Shown here piece by piece: positions 37,921 through 48,165 of a DNA stretch of 64,000 nt. The notes beneath the pieces were generated by a model that saw only the letters and a list, made by a program, of their open reading frames with translations, did no database searches and had not been told where the DNA came from. Source of the stretch: an uncultured Gemmatimonadales bacterium (GTDB lineage: Bacteria > Gemmatimonadota > Gemmatimonadetes > Gemmatimonadales > Gemmatimonadaceae); contig CAWBZV010000005.1 of NCBI GenBank assembly GCA_963793305.1, positions 896,001 to 960,000 on the forward strand, in the 5' to 3' direction. Positions within the stretch are counted from its first letter, which is position 1; each line of letters begins with the position of its first letter. A program made the translations under genes and the position numbers.

Positions 37921-40489
37921 CGCCTGTTTCGTGAGCGGGTGCTGCTCGCCCGCTCCGGCTTTGAGCGCCGTCACCGCGCGCGCGATCGCCGTGCGCGCCG
38001 CGGCCGTATCGCCACGGGCCAGCAGCGCGCGCGCCTCGACGAGACGTGCCTCACCGACGAACGCGCTCCCCGTCTCCGTGAGCGAATCCCGCGTCGCGAG
38101 GGCGCGTGCGTCCGCGGCATACCGGAGCGCGTCTGCCGTCTGCCCGGCGTCGACCGCCAGCTCGCCGGCGAAGATGAGCGACGAGTAAAAAATGTACCGC
38201 CGCTTGCCGTCGAAGTACCCGACCGTGCGCAGTACGTCGGTGACGTGCTGCTGCGCATCTGCGCGATGGCCGGTCAGGAACGCGAGACGACCATCGAGCA
38301 AGCGATAGTCGGTGATGTAATCGTCCGTCTTCGCCAGATCAGGGTTCGCGCTCAACGGAAGGAATCGCGCCATCGTGCGCCGCGCCGCGGTGACATCGCC
38401 GCGGCGGAGCTGCGCTTCGGCCAACCCGAAGAGCGACCGCCCCAGCCAGTACCGATCGGTGTCGGCGGTCGCCTGCGCGGCGAGCATCCCGAAGTACTTG
38501 CCGGCGGAGTCGAAGTCGCCCTGGTCCATCGCGATGTCGGCGTAATGAATCAACGGCTGCGCTGGCAAGCGCCCCGTGGGGTCGCTCTGTCGCGCGCGAA
38601 CCAGCACGTCGTGGAACGCGCGCTCCGCCTCCGCCGTCTCGCCCAGTTGCATGAGAGTGATCGCCATATCGTGCTCGTTGATCGCGGCATCCATGGTCGT
38701 GCCGCGACCCGACGAATCCAGGACTGCGCTGGCCCGATGATACGCGGCGATCGCCTCGCGGTACTGGTGCTTCTGGTCCAGCGCGCCGCCGAGCGTCTCG
38801 AGGAGCTCCAAGTAGAACGCGTCGGAGGTTTTGCCCAGGCTGTCACGGATCTGAATCGCTCGGCGGACGTCGTCGGCGCTCTCCTCCGGATGCCCGCGCG
38901 AATCTTCGAGCAGGAGTTGCGCGCGCGTCGCGAGACAGAATGCGTGGGCTTCCGGGTCCGGCCGCGCCCGGAGCAGTGACTCGGCCACGGCCGCGGTGCG
39001 CAAGGCATTGTCGTAGGATCCGCGAGTTCGCAAATGGTCCGCCTGGCGGCACCGAATCCCGGCCAGTTGGTCGACCGTGGCGAGCGACTCCGCGCGGGTG
39101 AGGAGGGCGACGCGGATCTTGTCGTCGCCCAGATCCCCGTATCGGTCCGAGAGCTGCATGAGGAGCGCGGCCAGGATGCGCGGGTCGCCGGCGTATTGCC
39201 GTTCGAGGACCGCGCGCGCGCGGTCGACGATCTCGCGCATCGTGAGCGGCGTGTCGCCCAGTTGCGACATGAGCAGTTGCTGGAACTCGACCTGCGCGTC
39301 GGCGCGCGTGCTGGCGAACACCGCGGCGTCGCGTTGCCGTTTGGCGTTCTGCATCTGCGCAATCGAGAACACGGTCGCGGCGACGAGCGCCAGGGCCGTT
39401 GCGCCCGCGGCCGCGACCGCGGTGCGATTCCGCCGAACGAACTTTCGCGCGCGATAGGAGAGCGAGCTCCGCCTGGCGCTGATCGGCTCTTGATGGAGAT
39501 AATGCCGCAAGTCGTCGGCGAACGCCGCCGCCGTCTGATACCGCTCGTGCGGATCCTTCCGCAGGGCTTTGTCGACGATCGTGCCCACGTCGCCGAGCGG
39601 CAATGGAGTCGGCTGACGCTCGTGGAGCGCGCGAAGCGTATCGATCGGCGTCTCACACCCTTCGGCGGTCGGGTGTCGGCCGGACAGCAGCTCATAGAGC
39701 AGCACGCCCACCGCGTAGACGTTGGTCGCGGTCGTCACCACATCACCGGTCGCCTGCTCCGGTGCGGCGTACTCCGGTGTCAGGACGCGCGAGCCCTCGA
39801 TCGTCACGCCTTTGGCATTGAGCAGCTTGGCGATGCCGAAGTCGAGGAGCTTCACCGTCCCGTCGGCGGTCACCAAGATGTTCGACGGCTTGAGGTCGCG
39901 ATGGACAATGAGGTTCGCGTGCGCATGGCCGATGGCCCCGAGCACTTGGAGCACGAGCTCCAGGCGCTGGGCCATCGTCAGATGGTGGGCGGTGGCGTAC
40001 TTATCGATGGGCTGACCGTCGACATACTCCAGGACGAGATACGGCTGCCCGGCCGGACTCACGCCGGCGTCCAGCAACCGCGCGATACCCGGGTGCGTCA
40101 GCCGCGCCAGGACGGAGCCTTCGCGCCGGAAGCGCGCCTGCCCGCCGGGACTGAGTCTCGCGAGATTTAAGAGCTTGACCGCGGCCAGTCCCTCGAATCG
40201 TCCATCGGTCCGGCGCGCGAGCCATACGGTGCCCATTCCACCGTGTCCGAGCTCGTGGGCGAGCGTGTAGGAGCCGAGGACGAGGCCCTCGAGCGTGACG
40301 TTCGAGTGGCTCGGAGAGGAATCCGCTCCGGTCGGCGTCTGCCTCGCCCGACAGGAACGATGCGATTTCGTCCGCGAGACCTGGCGACGATTGCCGGAGG
40401 TCGCTGAGCCACGTGTCGCGCTCCTCGTCCGAGAGATCGAGGACCCGGTCGAGCAATGGCTCCAGCGCGCGCCAGCGGTCGTGATCCAT
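37888..40489 (-). CDS. Ser/Thr protein kinase with TM and TPR region (+1 frameshift near 40301)
   Basis: MDHDRWRALEPLLD N-terminus; GHGGMGTVW, HRDLKPSN, DFG, YAAPEQ. Confidence 0.93.
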
Positions 40490-40557
40490 GACGCCACGAT
40501 AAGACGTGTCGGGTTTCGCGGCTAGCCCGCGATTGCATGGGTAGCCCAGGAGCCCAC

Positions 40558-41912
40558 ATGCGGATCGCCGTGGTGTTGGTTTTCGTTCTCGCTGCTTGTT
40601 CAGATAGCGTCACGACCACCAGTCCTCGTTCTCTCGTTCACGCGCAGCGTGACGCGGTCGACCGGTCGACACTCGTCAGTACCGTTCGATCGCTCGCTGC
40701 CGGCCGCGGCGTCGTGCCCCTGCCGCAGGCGCCGCATGTCCGCCCGGCGCTGGCGCGTTTAGGCCGCGCACTCGCTTTCGACAAGATCTTGAGCGGCAAC
40801 CGGGACATTTCCTGCATGACCTGTCATCTCGTCGCAACTCGCGACAGGCGATGGCCGCAGCTTACCCATTGGCACAGGCGGCCTTGGCTTGGGTCCCGCA
40901 CGCGCGCTCGCCGGGGGGAGCATCATCCCGCGCAACGCGCCGCCTCTATTCAACCTCCACGCGATGCCGGCGCTCTTCTTCGACGGCCGCGTGTCGGTCG
41001 ATGCCGGTGGCCAGTTCCACACGCCGGCGGGCGCACAGCTCACGCCGGAGATGACGCGGGTGTTCGAGTTCGGCGCGCTTTCCGCTCAGCCGCTCTTCCC
41101 GGTGGTCAACACGGCCGAGATGCGCGGTACAACCGGCAATCACCTCGCGGCGCTTCCCGACACGGACTTCCAGGGCATTCTGGAGTGCCGCGATGCAGCG
41201 TCTGGGCCGCATCCCGCGCTATCGTGAGATGTTCGAAGCGGCGTACCCCGGCACGCGCTTCGATGACATGACGTTCGCTTACGCGACGAACGCGATCGCG
41301 GGCTTCATCATCGCGAACTTCACGTTCGATCGCTCGCCGTGGGATCGGTTCCTCGGCGGCGACGACGATGCGCTCACGACCGATCAGCTCCTCGGCGCGC
41401 AAGATTTCTTGACGCTCAAGTGCTCGATCTGCCACAACGGATCGACGTTCAGCGATTTGCAATTCCATGACGTGGCGCTCGCCCAATTCGGTCCGGGCGA
41501 GGGTGTCGCGCCGAATCCGCGCGATGACTTTGGGCGCATGAACGCGACCGGCAATCCCGCGGACATTTATCGCTTCCGCACCTCGCCGTTGCGCAACATT
41601 GAGCTGACGGGGCCGTACGGCCACGCGGGCCAGTTCAAGGAGCTGCGCGCGTTCGTTGCGCACTACAGCCAGTCAGACATTGCGCTGCGCAACTACGACC
41701 CGAGCCAGATCGACCCGATTCTCTACGGTACGCTGCTCAACAATGTCGACGCCGTGCTCGCCGCGCGCGACACGCTGCTGCAGGGCGTTGTGATTCCGGA
41801 TACCGTCGTTGACCGGCTGACGACGTACATGTCCGCCCTGACGGATCCGCGCGCGCGCGACCTCCGGCCCGTTACACCGGCGCGCGTGCCGAGCGGGTTG
41901 CCCGTCGACTAA
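40558..41912 (+). CDS. Di-heme cytochrome c peroxidase/MauG-family lipoprotein (+1 frameshifts near 40830 and 41179)
   Basis: Lipobox LAAC; LSGNRDISCMTCH, RNAPPLFN, FFDGR, CSICHNG, FRTSPLRNIELTGPYGHAG. Confidence 0.9.
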
Positions 41913-43555
41913 CGGTGGTGTCCTCCTCCGCCTACTCTCGCCGGCATTCGTGCCATGCCGCCGCTCCGGGCAGTGTTGTACCGGAAGTTGAGCTCCCGGT
42001 GCTCCGCCTCCTGCCGTTGATACATCTGCGCGCGCGATTCGGTCGGTCGCGGATTGGCGAACTCCTGCATGTGCCGCGATTCGAGTTGTCGCCGCTCTTG
42101 GTCGTACGACTGATCGAGTGATGTGCGTCCGGGGCGGGCGAGCCTGGTACCTGGCGCGCCGGCTGAACGGATCGGCCGGGACTCGCCGGGCGGCGGGGCA
42201 TGTAGTGCCTCGACGGAACGGCTCGCCAGTCGTGCCGGCGGAGCAGCGCCACGCTGGCCTATGAACCGACCGCGCGTCGGCTCAACGCCCGGGCCGCGGT
42301 CGAGCACTCCGGCTTTACTGAGGTCTGACGCCGACGGGTGTATGGCGTCGCGGCCCACGCGCTCGCCGTCGCCGAATGCGCGCGACGGCACGGCCGTGAC
42401 TGCGCCAGGGATCGCCCGGTTGCGGTACGCAAAGTTATGGACGTCCACAAATTCCCTGCCGCCGTTCAACCGCTCGCGATATCGATCTCCGACGCGATAC
42501 CATGGCACGAACGGCTCACGCGGAGCGAGTGGGAACCAGCCGACGCCGAGCCCCCATGTCGATCCGCCGACGAAAGCGACGAGTCCCGGTGCCCAGATGG
42601 GGTCATAGATGAGCGGTCCGGGGCACCATCCCCACGCACTGCCGATGAACGCCCATCGTCCATAGTGAAACGGCGCCCATCCCCACGAATACCCATCGAC
42701 CCAGCTCCAGCCCCAGGGCTCGACCCACTCCCAGCTGCCGATGGAGTAGGGCGACCAGCCGACCGCGACGGTCGTCGGGAACCACACCGCTCCGTAGTCG
42801 GGATTGTCGACCCAGCCGCCATACGCGTCGAGATCCTCGAGGCCGCCCATGTCGGCGGAGACATATCGCGCCGAGGCGGTCGCGCGGTCTTCTCTCTCAT
42901 CGCGACCGCGCGCCCATTGGTCGAAGTCATCGCTCGCGCCGGCGCTCGTTACGTTGACGGTCGCGGTGCTGTCGCCACGAACGAGTGCGGTCTGACCCGC
43001 CTCGACCTGCGTGTTCGACCCGTTCGCCGTGATCTGCGCGTGGCCGGACCACGCGGTCACGCGCGTCGTGTCGCCCGAGGTCGAGACATCGATCCGATAT
43101 TCGCCGTCCTGATCGAGGATGATCGCGGAGTTCGGTGCGTCGATCTCGTAGTCTTTCTTGATGTCCATCGCCTTGACGCGCACGTCGATCGATCCTTGCG
43201 GCACGCGAAGCTGCAGCATGTCGTCGTCGAGATGGACGACGTCGACCTCCGTCTCGCGCGCCGCGCGGAACGCGTTGGGTCCCACCTCCACCTCGACGTG
43301 CCCGACGCTGTCGACCCAGAGCGCATCGCCGGTCGTGACTGGACGGTTCGGCTCTGGAATGGCCCACGTGTCGGCCGCGGCGGCCCGAAACGAGACGGCG
43401 CCTTCGAGGAACGCGAGACGCCCGACGTGCGCGGGCGGATCGTCGGCGTCGGGAGGGGTCGGTACTGGGCCGGGTGACTCGGTGGACTGCGCGTAGCCAT
43501 AGCAGCCGGCGACGACGAGCACCGCGGCGATGAGACTGAGGCGATCAGTGCGCAT
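41909..43555 (-). CDS. FecR-like/DUF6600 lipoprotein
   Basis: Lipobox VAGC; GLEDLDAYGGW...YGAVWFP...WGWAPFHYGRW. Confidence 0.88.
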   Translation of the reverse strand: MRTDRLSLIAAVLVVAGCYGYAQSTESPGPVPTPPDADDPPAHVGRLAFLEGAVSFRAAAADTWAIPEPNRPVTTGDALWVDSVGHVEVEVGPNAFRAARETEVDVVHLDDDMLQLRVPQGSIDVRVKAMDIKKDYEIDAPNSAIILDQDGEYRIDVSTSGDTTRVTAWSGHAQITANGSNTQVEAGQTALVRGDSTATVNVTSAGASDDFDQWARGRDEREDRATASARYVSADMGGLEDLDAYGGWVDNPDYGAVWFPTTVAVGWSPYSIGSWEWVEPWGWSWVDGYSWGWAPFHYGRWAFIGSAWGWCPGPLIYDPIWAPGLVAFVGGSTWGLGVGWFPLAPREPFVPWYRVGDRYRERLNGGREFVDVHNFAYRNRAIPGAVTAVPSRAFGDGERVGRDAIHPSASDLSKAGVLDRGPGVEPTRGRFIGQRGAAPPARLASRSVEALHAPPPGESRPIRSAGAPGTRLARPGRTSLDQSYDQERRQLESRHMQEFANPRPTESRAQMYQRQEAEHRELNFRYNTARSGGMARMPARVGGGGHHR

Positions 43556-43596
43556 GGATCCTTAATGTAGTCACTCTCGTGATCAGTCGAGAATCG

Positions 43597-43629
43597 ATTG
43601 GCACCAATATATCAGGCACATTTCTCGCA
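43597..43629 (+). promoter_or_regulatory. Palindrome ATTGGCACCAAT plus a sigma-54-like -24/-12 element
   Basis: Palindrome at 43597-43608; AGGCAC-N5-TCGCA (GG-N10-GC) at 43614-43629, upstream of ATG 43654. Confidence 0.4.
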
Positions 43630-43653
43630 GCATTATTCGACGGGAGGTGTGCC

Positions 43654-43917
43654 ATGTATATCGCGATGGGCCTCTGTGCCCTCATGCTCGCCGCCGGGCC
43701 TGGCATCACGAAAGACCAGGCTCAACGGACGGCGATCGCCGCAGTGCGCGGTGGAACGGTGAAGTCCGAGCGCCAGGCCACTGAGGCAGGTAAGCCTGTG
43801 TACGAGTTCGACATCAATGTCGCCAACAAGGGATTTGTCGAGCTTGTCACCGTCGACGAGAACACCGGCAAAGTGGTCGGTGAGACGTACGACGGTCCTC
43901 AAATGAGACACGGGTAA
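43654..43917 (+). CDS. PepSY-domain small exported protein
   Basis: ITKDQAQRTAIAAVRGGTV...VYEFDI...VTVDENTGKVV; RBS GGGAGG. Confidence 0.88.
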   Translation: MYIAMGLCALMLAAGPGITKDQAQRTAIAAVRGGTVKSERQATEAGKPVYEFDINVANKGFVELVTVDENTGKVVGETYDGPQMRHG

Positions 43918-43955
43918 GCTAGATTCTCCTCTCGTCGTCAATACGGGAGGAGTCG

Positions 43956-44805
43956 ATGGGCCTGGATGCATCATTGGGCCGACGCCACCTGCTGACGCTG
44001 GGCGTCGGCTCAGTGATAACTGCGTCGCTCCGTACTCTGTTACGCCAACCGCCGCCGCAGGGTTGTGCGCCGCCGATCCCGCAGCATCACGAGCCCGCGA
44101 ACGGCGGGCCGTGCCCCTATCCCATTCCATGGCTCGACAAGAACGGCAACCATAACCAGGCCGCCGGCCCGAACGTCGAGCTGTCCAGCATCTATCACTT
44201 CAAGGGACAGCTCGCTCGAATGCAGCGGCTTCCACGGCATGGGAACGGACAATGCCGGCAACCGGCTTGCCTGGGGCACTCCTACGACGGACTACAGCGT
44301 CATGTCCGGCGAGTACTGGGCGGCGCGCACGGCGCACCAGGCGATATTCGCCCACACATGACTGACCGTGTTCAAGGGGCCGGCGGTCCCGACGAACCAG
44401 ATCCACGATTTTCATCCACCGATCTCGCCTGAAGGCCTGTACTGGGTCACGCCCGTGCCCGCGTCGGGCCTCACGATGAGCACGGATGCTCGAACGGCTA
44501 CGATGCGCCTGACGAACGTGCCGATCATCGACCAACCACGCTGGCCAGCGATGGATGCCGAGACGACGCCCGCATTCATGGATTGCACGGTCGTGTGGAC
44601 CGCGACTGACCAGCCGGTGAAGTACGAGGACCCGATGCGGCAGTATCGCTTTGAGGGGCACATCGCGACCGCGCAACTCGAGGCGACCGTTCGCGTCCCC
44701 GAGATGGGGTTCACCTTCACGACCGATCCGCTCGCGCAATCGAAATGCGATTTCGCCGTGATCGGGAACGCGGTCAACGGCAAATACTACGAGACGGCTC
44801 ATTGA
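43956..44805 (+). CDS. Tat-type exported protein with in-frame UGA (candidate selenoprotein); +1 frameshift near 44220
   Basis: RBS GGGAGGAG, GRRHLL; after the shift ...AIFAHT-TGA(44359)-LTVFKGPAVPTNQIHDFHPPISPEGLYW... stays in frame to 44805. Confidence 0.65.
44362..44400 (+). other. SECIS-like hairpin
   Basis: GUUC-AA-GGGGCC-[GGC]-GGUCCC-GAC-GAAC; the G-initiated loop begins 20 nt after the UGA. Confidence 0.45.
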
Positions 44806-46142
44806 CCGCCGCGCAACTCGATCAACGTACCGACCAGGAGGTCGTGCGCGTGGTCTTCGCGTACCTCGCGTGCGCGACGATCTGGCTGCTGGTCGGAACG
44901 GGGATCGGGTTCTATGTCGCGCTCAAGTTCGTCTGGCCCGATCTGGGCGTCGCGAGCTTTCTGTCGGAGCCGCGGCTCCGGCCCGTCCACACGAATCTCG
45001 TGCTCTTCGGGTGGGCCTCGCTCGCCCAGATCGCGATGGCGCTGCTCGTCGTGCCGCGCACGTCGCGGGCCTTGTTGTTCAACTCCCGCTTGGCGTGGAT
45101 CAGCCTCATCGCCATCAACATCTCGCTGGTGACCGGTACGATCTGTCTCATCGCCGGCGTCAACAACGGGATGCAGGAGTACCGCGAGTACCTCTGGCCC
45201 GTGATGGCGCTCTATGTCGCGGCGCTCGTGCTGCTGCTGTACGTCCTGTATCGCACCGTGGCAAGCCGCGGGACATCGTCGATCTACATCTCGAACTGGT
45301 ACATCCTCGGCGCGTTCGCCTGGATCGCCACGCTCATCACGATCGCGTACTTGCCGTGGTACCAGCAAGGCCTGAGCGAGACCGTCATGCAGGGGTACTT
45401 CATGCACAACGCCGTCGGCATGTGGTTCACGCCGATGGTGCTGGGCCTTACGTACTACACGCTCCCGAAGCTGCTGAACAAGCCGGTGTACTCATACGCG
45501 CTCGGCGTGCTCGCCTTCTGGACACAGCTCGCGTTCTACCCAATGATCGGCGCTCACCACTTTGTCTTCAGCCCGACGCCATGGTCCCTCCAGACCGTCG
45601 CCATCGTGTTCAGCATCGGGATGGTGGTCCCGGTCGTCGCCGGCTCGGCGAACTTCCTGCTCACGATGCGCGGTGAGTGGAGCAGTGTCCGCAACAGCTA
45701 CGCGCTGCCATTCATCTTTGTCGGCGTCATCATGTACTTCGTCGCCTCGATGCAGGGAACCCTCGAGGCGTTTCGATCGCTGAACATGGTCTGGCACTTC
45801 ACGGACTTCACGGTCGCGCATTCGCACATGGCGATGTACGGATTCGTGACGTTCCTCATCTGGGGCTCGGTCTACGGGCTCGTGCCCTCGCTCACGAAGC
45901 GGCATCCGCCGCTCGTGCCGGTCGGCATGCATTTCTGGCTGGCGTTGATCGGGCTCACGATCTACGCCACGTCGATGATGGTCGGTGGCACGCTGCGCGG
46001 CCTGTCGTGGATCCAGAGCGCACCGTTCATCGACTCGGTGTCGTTGATGGCGCCCTACTGGACCGCCCGCGCGCTCGGCGGCGGTCTCATGGTCCTGTCG
46101 CACCTCGTGTTCGCGTACAACGTGTGGCGGATGCGGCCATGA
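44802..46142 (+). CDS. ccoN: cbb3-like heme-copper oxidase subunit I (divergent)
   Basis: RLRPVHTN, MHNAVG, YPMIGAHH, HFTDFTVAHSH; about 12 TM; TTG start overlaps the upstream TGA. Confidence 0.88.
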   Translation: MTAAQLDQRTDQEVVRVVFAYLACATIWLLVGTGIGFYVALKFVWPDLGVASFLSEPRLRPVHTNLVLFGWASLAQIAMALLVVPRTSRALLFNSRLAWISLIAINISLVTGTICLIAGVNNGMQEYREYLWPVMALYVAALVLLLYVLYRTVASRGTSSIYISNWYILGAFAWIATLITIAYLPWYQQGLSETVMQGYFMHNAVGMWFTPMVLGLTYYTLPKLLNKPVYSYALGVLAFWTQLAFYPMIGAHHFVFSPTPWSLQTVAIVFSIGMVVPVVAGSANFLLTMRGEWSSVRNSYALPFIFVGVIMYFVASMQGTLEAFRSLNMVWHFTDFTVAHSHMAMYGFVTFLIWGSVYGLVPSLTKRHPPLVPVGMHFWLALIGLTIYATSMMVGGTLRGLSWIQSAPFIDSVSLMAPYWTARALGGGLMVLSHLVFAYNVWRMRP

Positions 46143-47035
46143 TGCACCTCAACACGCATAAGAATCTGCCGCTGCTGTTCGGCCTCGCGTCGGGCGGATT
46201 CGTGGTTCTGAGCCTCATCATCGGGGTCGGTCCATCTCTTTGGGTACAGCGGCACAACGCCCCGCTCCCAGGCTCGACCCCACTGACCGCCGAGGAACAG
46301 GCAGGCCTCCGGGTCTTCGTCTCGGAGGGTTGCGGATACTGCCACACCCAGCAGATTCGCCCGCTGTCGGAGGACACGCTCTACGGTCGCCCATCGGCCC
46401 CGGGCGACTATGCCCGGCTCACGACACTCAGCCCCTGGATCCAGGTCCCGGAGATCCTCGGCACCGAACGCACGGGTCCGGACCTGAGCGACATTGCCGC
46501 GCGACAGCCGAGCGATGTCTGGCAGTACATGCACTTGTATCAGCCGCGCTCGGTTGTCCCGCAATCGATCATGCCGGCATTCCCATGGCTGTTCGGTCCC
46601 AATCGCGAACCGACTCCGCGCGCGAAGGCGCTCGTCGCGTACTTGCTGTCGCTCAAGCAAACGCCGATTGGAACGCCGAAGAGCGCGGCTGGCGGCGGGG
46701 GCGCGGCCGGCGCGCAGGTCTTCGCGACGCGCTGCGCCAGTTGCCATCAAGCATCGGGCGCTGGAGTTCCAGGGGCATTCCCACCGCTCGCCGGAGACTC
46801 GGTCGTGAACGGACCGGGAACGGCGCAGATCGACATTGTCCTCAACGGACTCCACGGCAAGGCCATCAACGGCGTGAGCTACGCGAGCGCGATGCCGGCG
46901 TGGCGCACGGTGATGTCGGACGCCGAGATCGCGGCGGTCATTACGTATGAGCGCGCGAGCTGGGGCAATCACGGCTCTCCGGTGGCGGCGACCGATGTGG
47001 CCGCCGAACGCGGCACGACATCGCCTGCGCCATGA
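46139..47035 (+). CDS. ccoO: cbb3-like subunit II fused to an extra cytochrome c domain
   Basis: EGCGYCHTQQIRP, RTGPDL, SIMPAFPWLF; C-terminal CASCH...MPAW. Confidence 0.88.
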   Translation: MMHLNTHKNLPLLFGLASGGFVVLSLIIGVGPSLWVQRHNAPLPGSTPLTAEEQAGLRVFVSEGCGYCHTQQIRPLSEDTLYGRPSAPGDYARLTTLSPWIQVPEILGTERTGPDLSDIAARQPSDVWQYMHLYQPRSVVPQSIMPAFPWLFGPNREPTPRAKALVAYLLSLKQTPIGTPKSAAGGGGAAGAQVFATRCASCHQASGAGVPGAFPPLAGDSVVNGPGTAQIDIVLNGLHGKAINGVSYASAMPAWRTVMSDAEIAAVITYERASWGNHGSPVAATDVAAERGTTSPAP

Positions 47036-47856
47036 CGACCCCGGCGTCGCACGGTGTCCGCATTTATCTCGACGACGGCGCGACGCCGATCGCCGAGTTC
47101 GATCCGCCGAGCGTGTTCTCGCTCGACACGGAGCGTTTGACGGATGGTCCGCACACGTTGCGGGTCGAAGCGATCGACGAATGGGGACACCGTTCCGAGC
47201 GCGTGATTCCGTTCGAGGTGCGCAACGGACCGGGGATCGCGGTCGAGGGGATCGCGGCGGGCGAGACGGTCGGCGGCCGGCGGTCGATCGTCGTCAACGC
47301 CTACGCGGCGGGTCGCGTCGAGACGTGGGAGCCAGTGCGCGCCGAGACGCCCACGCCGATCCCCTCGTGGGTGTGGGTCGTGTTCCTGGTCATGGTGGCC
47401 GCGGGGGTGTTCTACATCGCCCGCGAGTGGCAGCCGCCCGCGCGATTCGCGTCGACGCCGACATACGCGGCCTGGGCGTCGCCGACTGCGTCTCGTGCGG
47501 TCATTGCTCCGGCGACCGACCGCGGCGCCGAGTTGTTTCGGGTGACGTGCGCCAATTGCCATCAGGCGAACGGTGAGGGGCTACCAGGCGCATTTCCGCC
47601 ACTGGTCGGCGATCCCGTCGTGACTTCGTCCGATACGAAAGAGCATGCGCAGATCGTCTTGTTCGGCTTGTCCGGCCGCGTCATCGGCGGCGTGCATTAC
47701 ACCGCGCAGATGCCGGCGTGGGGTGCTCAGCTCTCTGATGAGGAGATCGCCGCGATCATGGATTACGAGCGTTCCGCGTGGGGTAACGCGGGGGCGCCAA
47801 CAACGGCGAAGTTCGTGAGCACGGTGCGCGCTGCGCACGTGACGGCGACCCCGTGA
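47032..47856 (+). CDS. Membrane-anchored cytochrome c with N-terminal Ig-like domain
   Basis: LTDGPHTLRVEA beta domain, one TM, CANCH...MPAW. Confidence 0.88.
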   Translation: MTTPASHGVRIYLDDGATPIAEFDPPSVFSLDTERLTDGPHTLRVEAIDEWGHRSERVIPFEVRNGPGIAVEGIAAGETVGGRRSIVVNAYAAGRVETWEPVRAETPTPIPSWVWVVFLVMVAAGVFYIAREWQPPARFASTPTYAAWASPTASRAVIAPATDRGAELFRVTCANCHQANGEGLPGAFPPLVGDPVVTSSDTKEHAQIVLFGLSGRVIGGVHYTAQMPAWGAQLSDEEIAAIMDYERSAWGNAGAPTTAKFVSTVRAAHVTATP

Positions 47857-48164
47857 CGGAGCAGAGCACGTACTCGCAGTCTCCCATGGGCCGTATGGGA
47901 GAACCTCCCTCCGGGCCGCTCGACTACGTCATCGTCGCGATCGCCGTCGTGTTCGTAGCGGCAGCCGCGATCCAGACCGTCCGCCGGCTGATCCATCCGG
48001 GCGAGGACGCGCCGGATCACATCAAGCGCTCAGTACTGCTCGACGACCCCGATCCACGATGTCTGGGGGGTCCGGGGGGCGTAGTTGGGGTTTGCCCCCC
48101 GGAGTCGAACCGACCAGTCGAGGAGCGCGAAGCGCTGCATCGACGTGCCGCGGAGCGGCGCTAG
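47853..48164 (+). CDS. Small membrane protein of the oxidase operon; 3' end reads through a repeat element
   Basis: GTG overlaps the upstream stop; one TM, then HPGEDAPDHIKRSVL. Confidence 0.7.
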   Translation: MTEQSTYSQSPMGRMGEPPSGPLDYVIVAIAVVFVAAAAIQTVRRLIHPGEDAPDHIKRSVLLDDPDPRCLGGPGGVVGVCPPESNRPVEEREALHRRAAERR

Positions 48165-48165
48165 A
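48063..48165 (+). repeat. Hairpin-rich REP-like element, copy B
   Basis: TCCGGGGGGC/GCCCCCCGGA hairpin, then AACCGACCAGTCGAG...TCGACGTGCCGCGGAGCGGCG, closely matching 62834-62883. Confidence 0.8.

Noticed and set aside
40515..40540. Sigma-54 promoter before the peroxidase gene
   Set aside because: TTGCA is present but the -24 position reads TA rather than GG.
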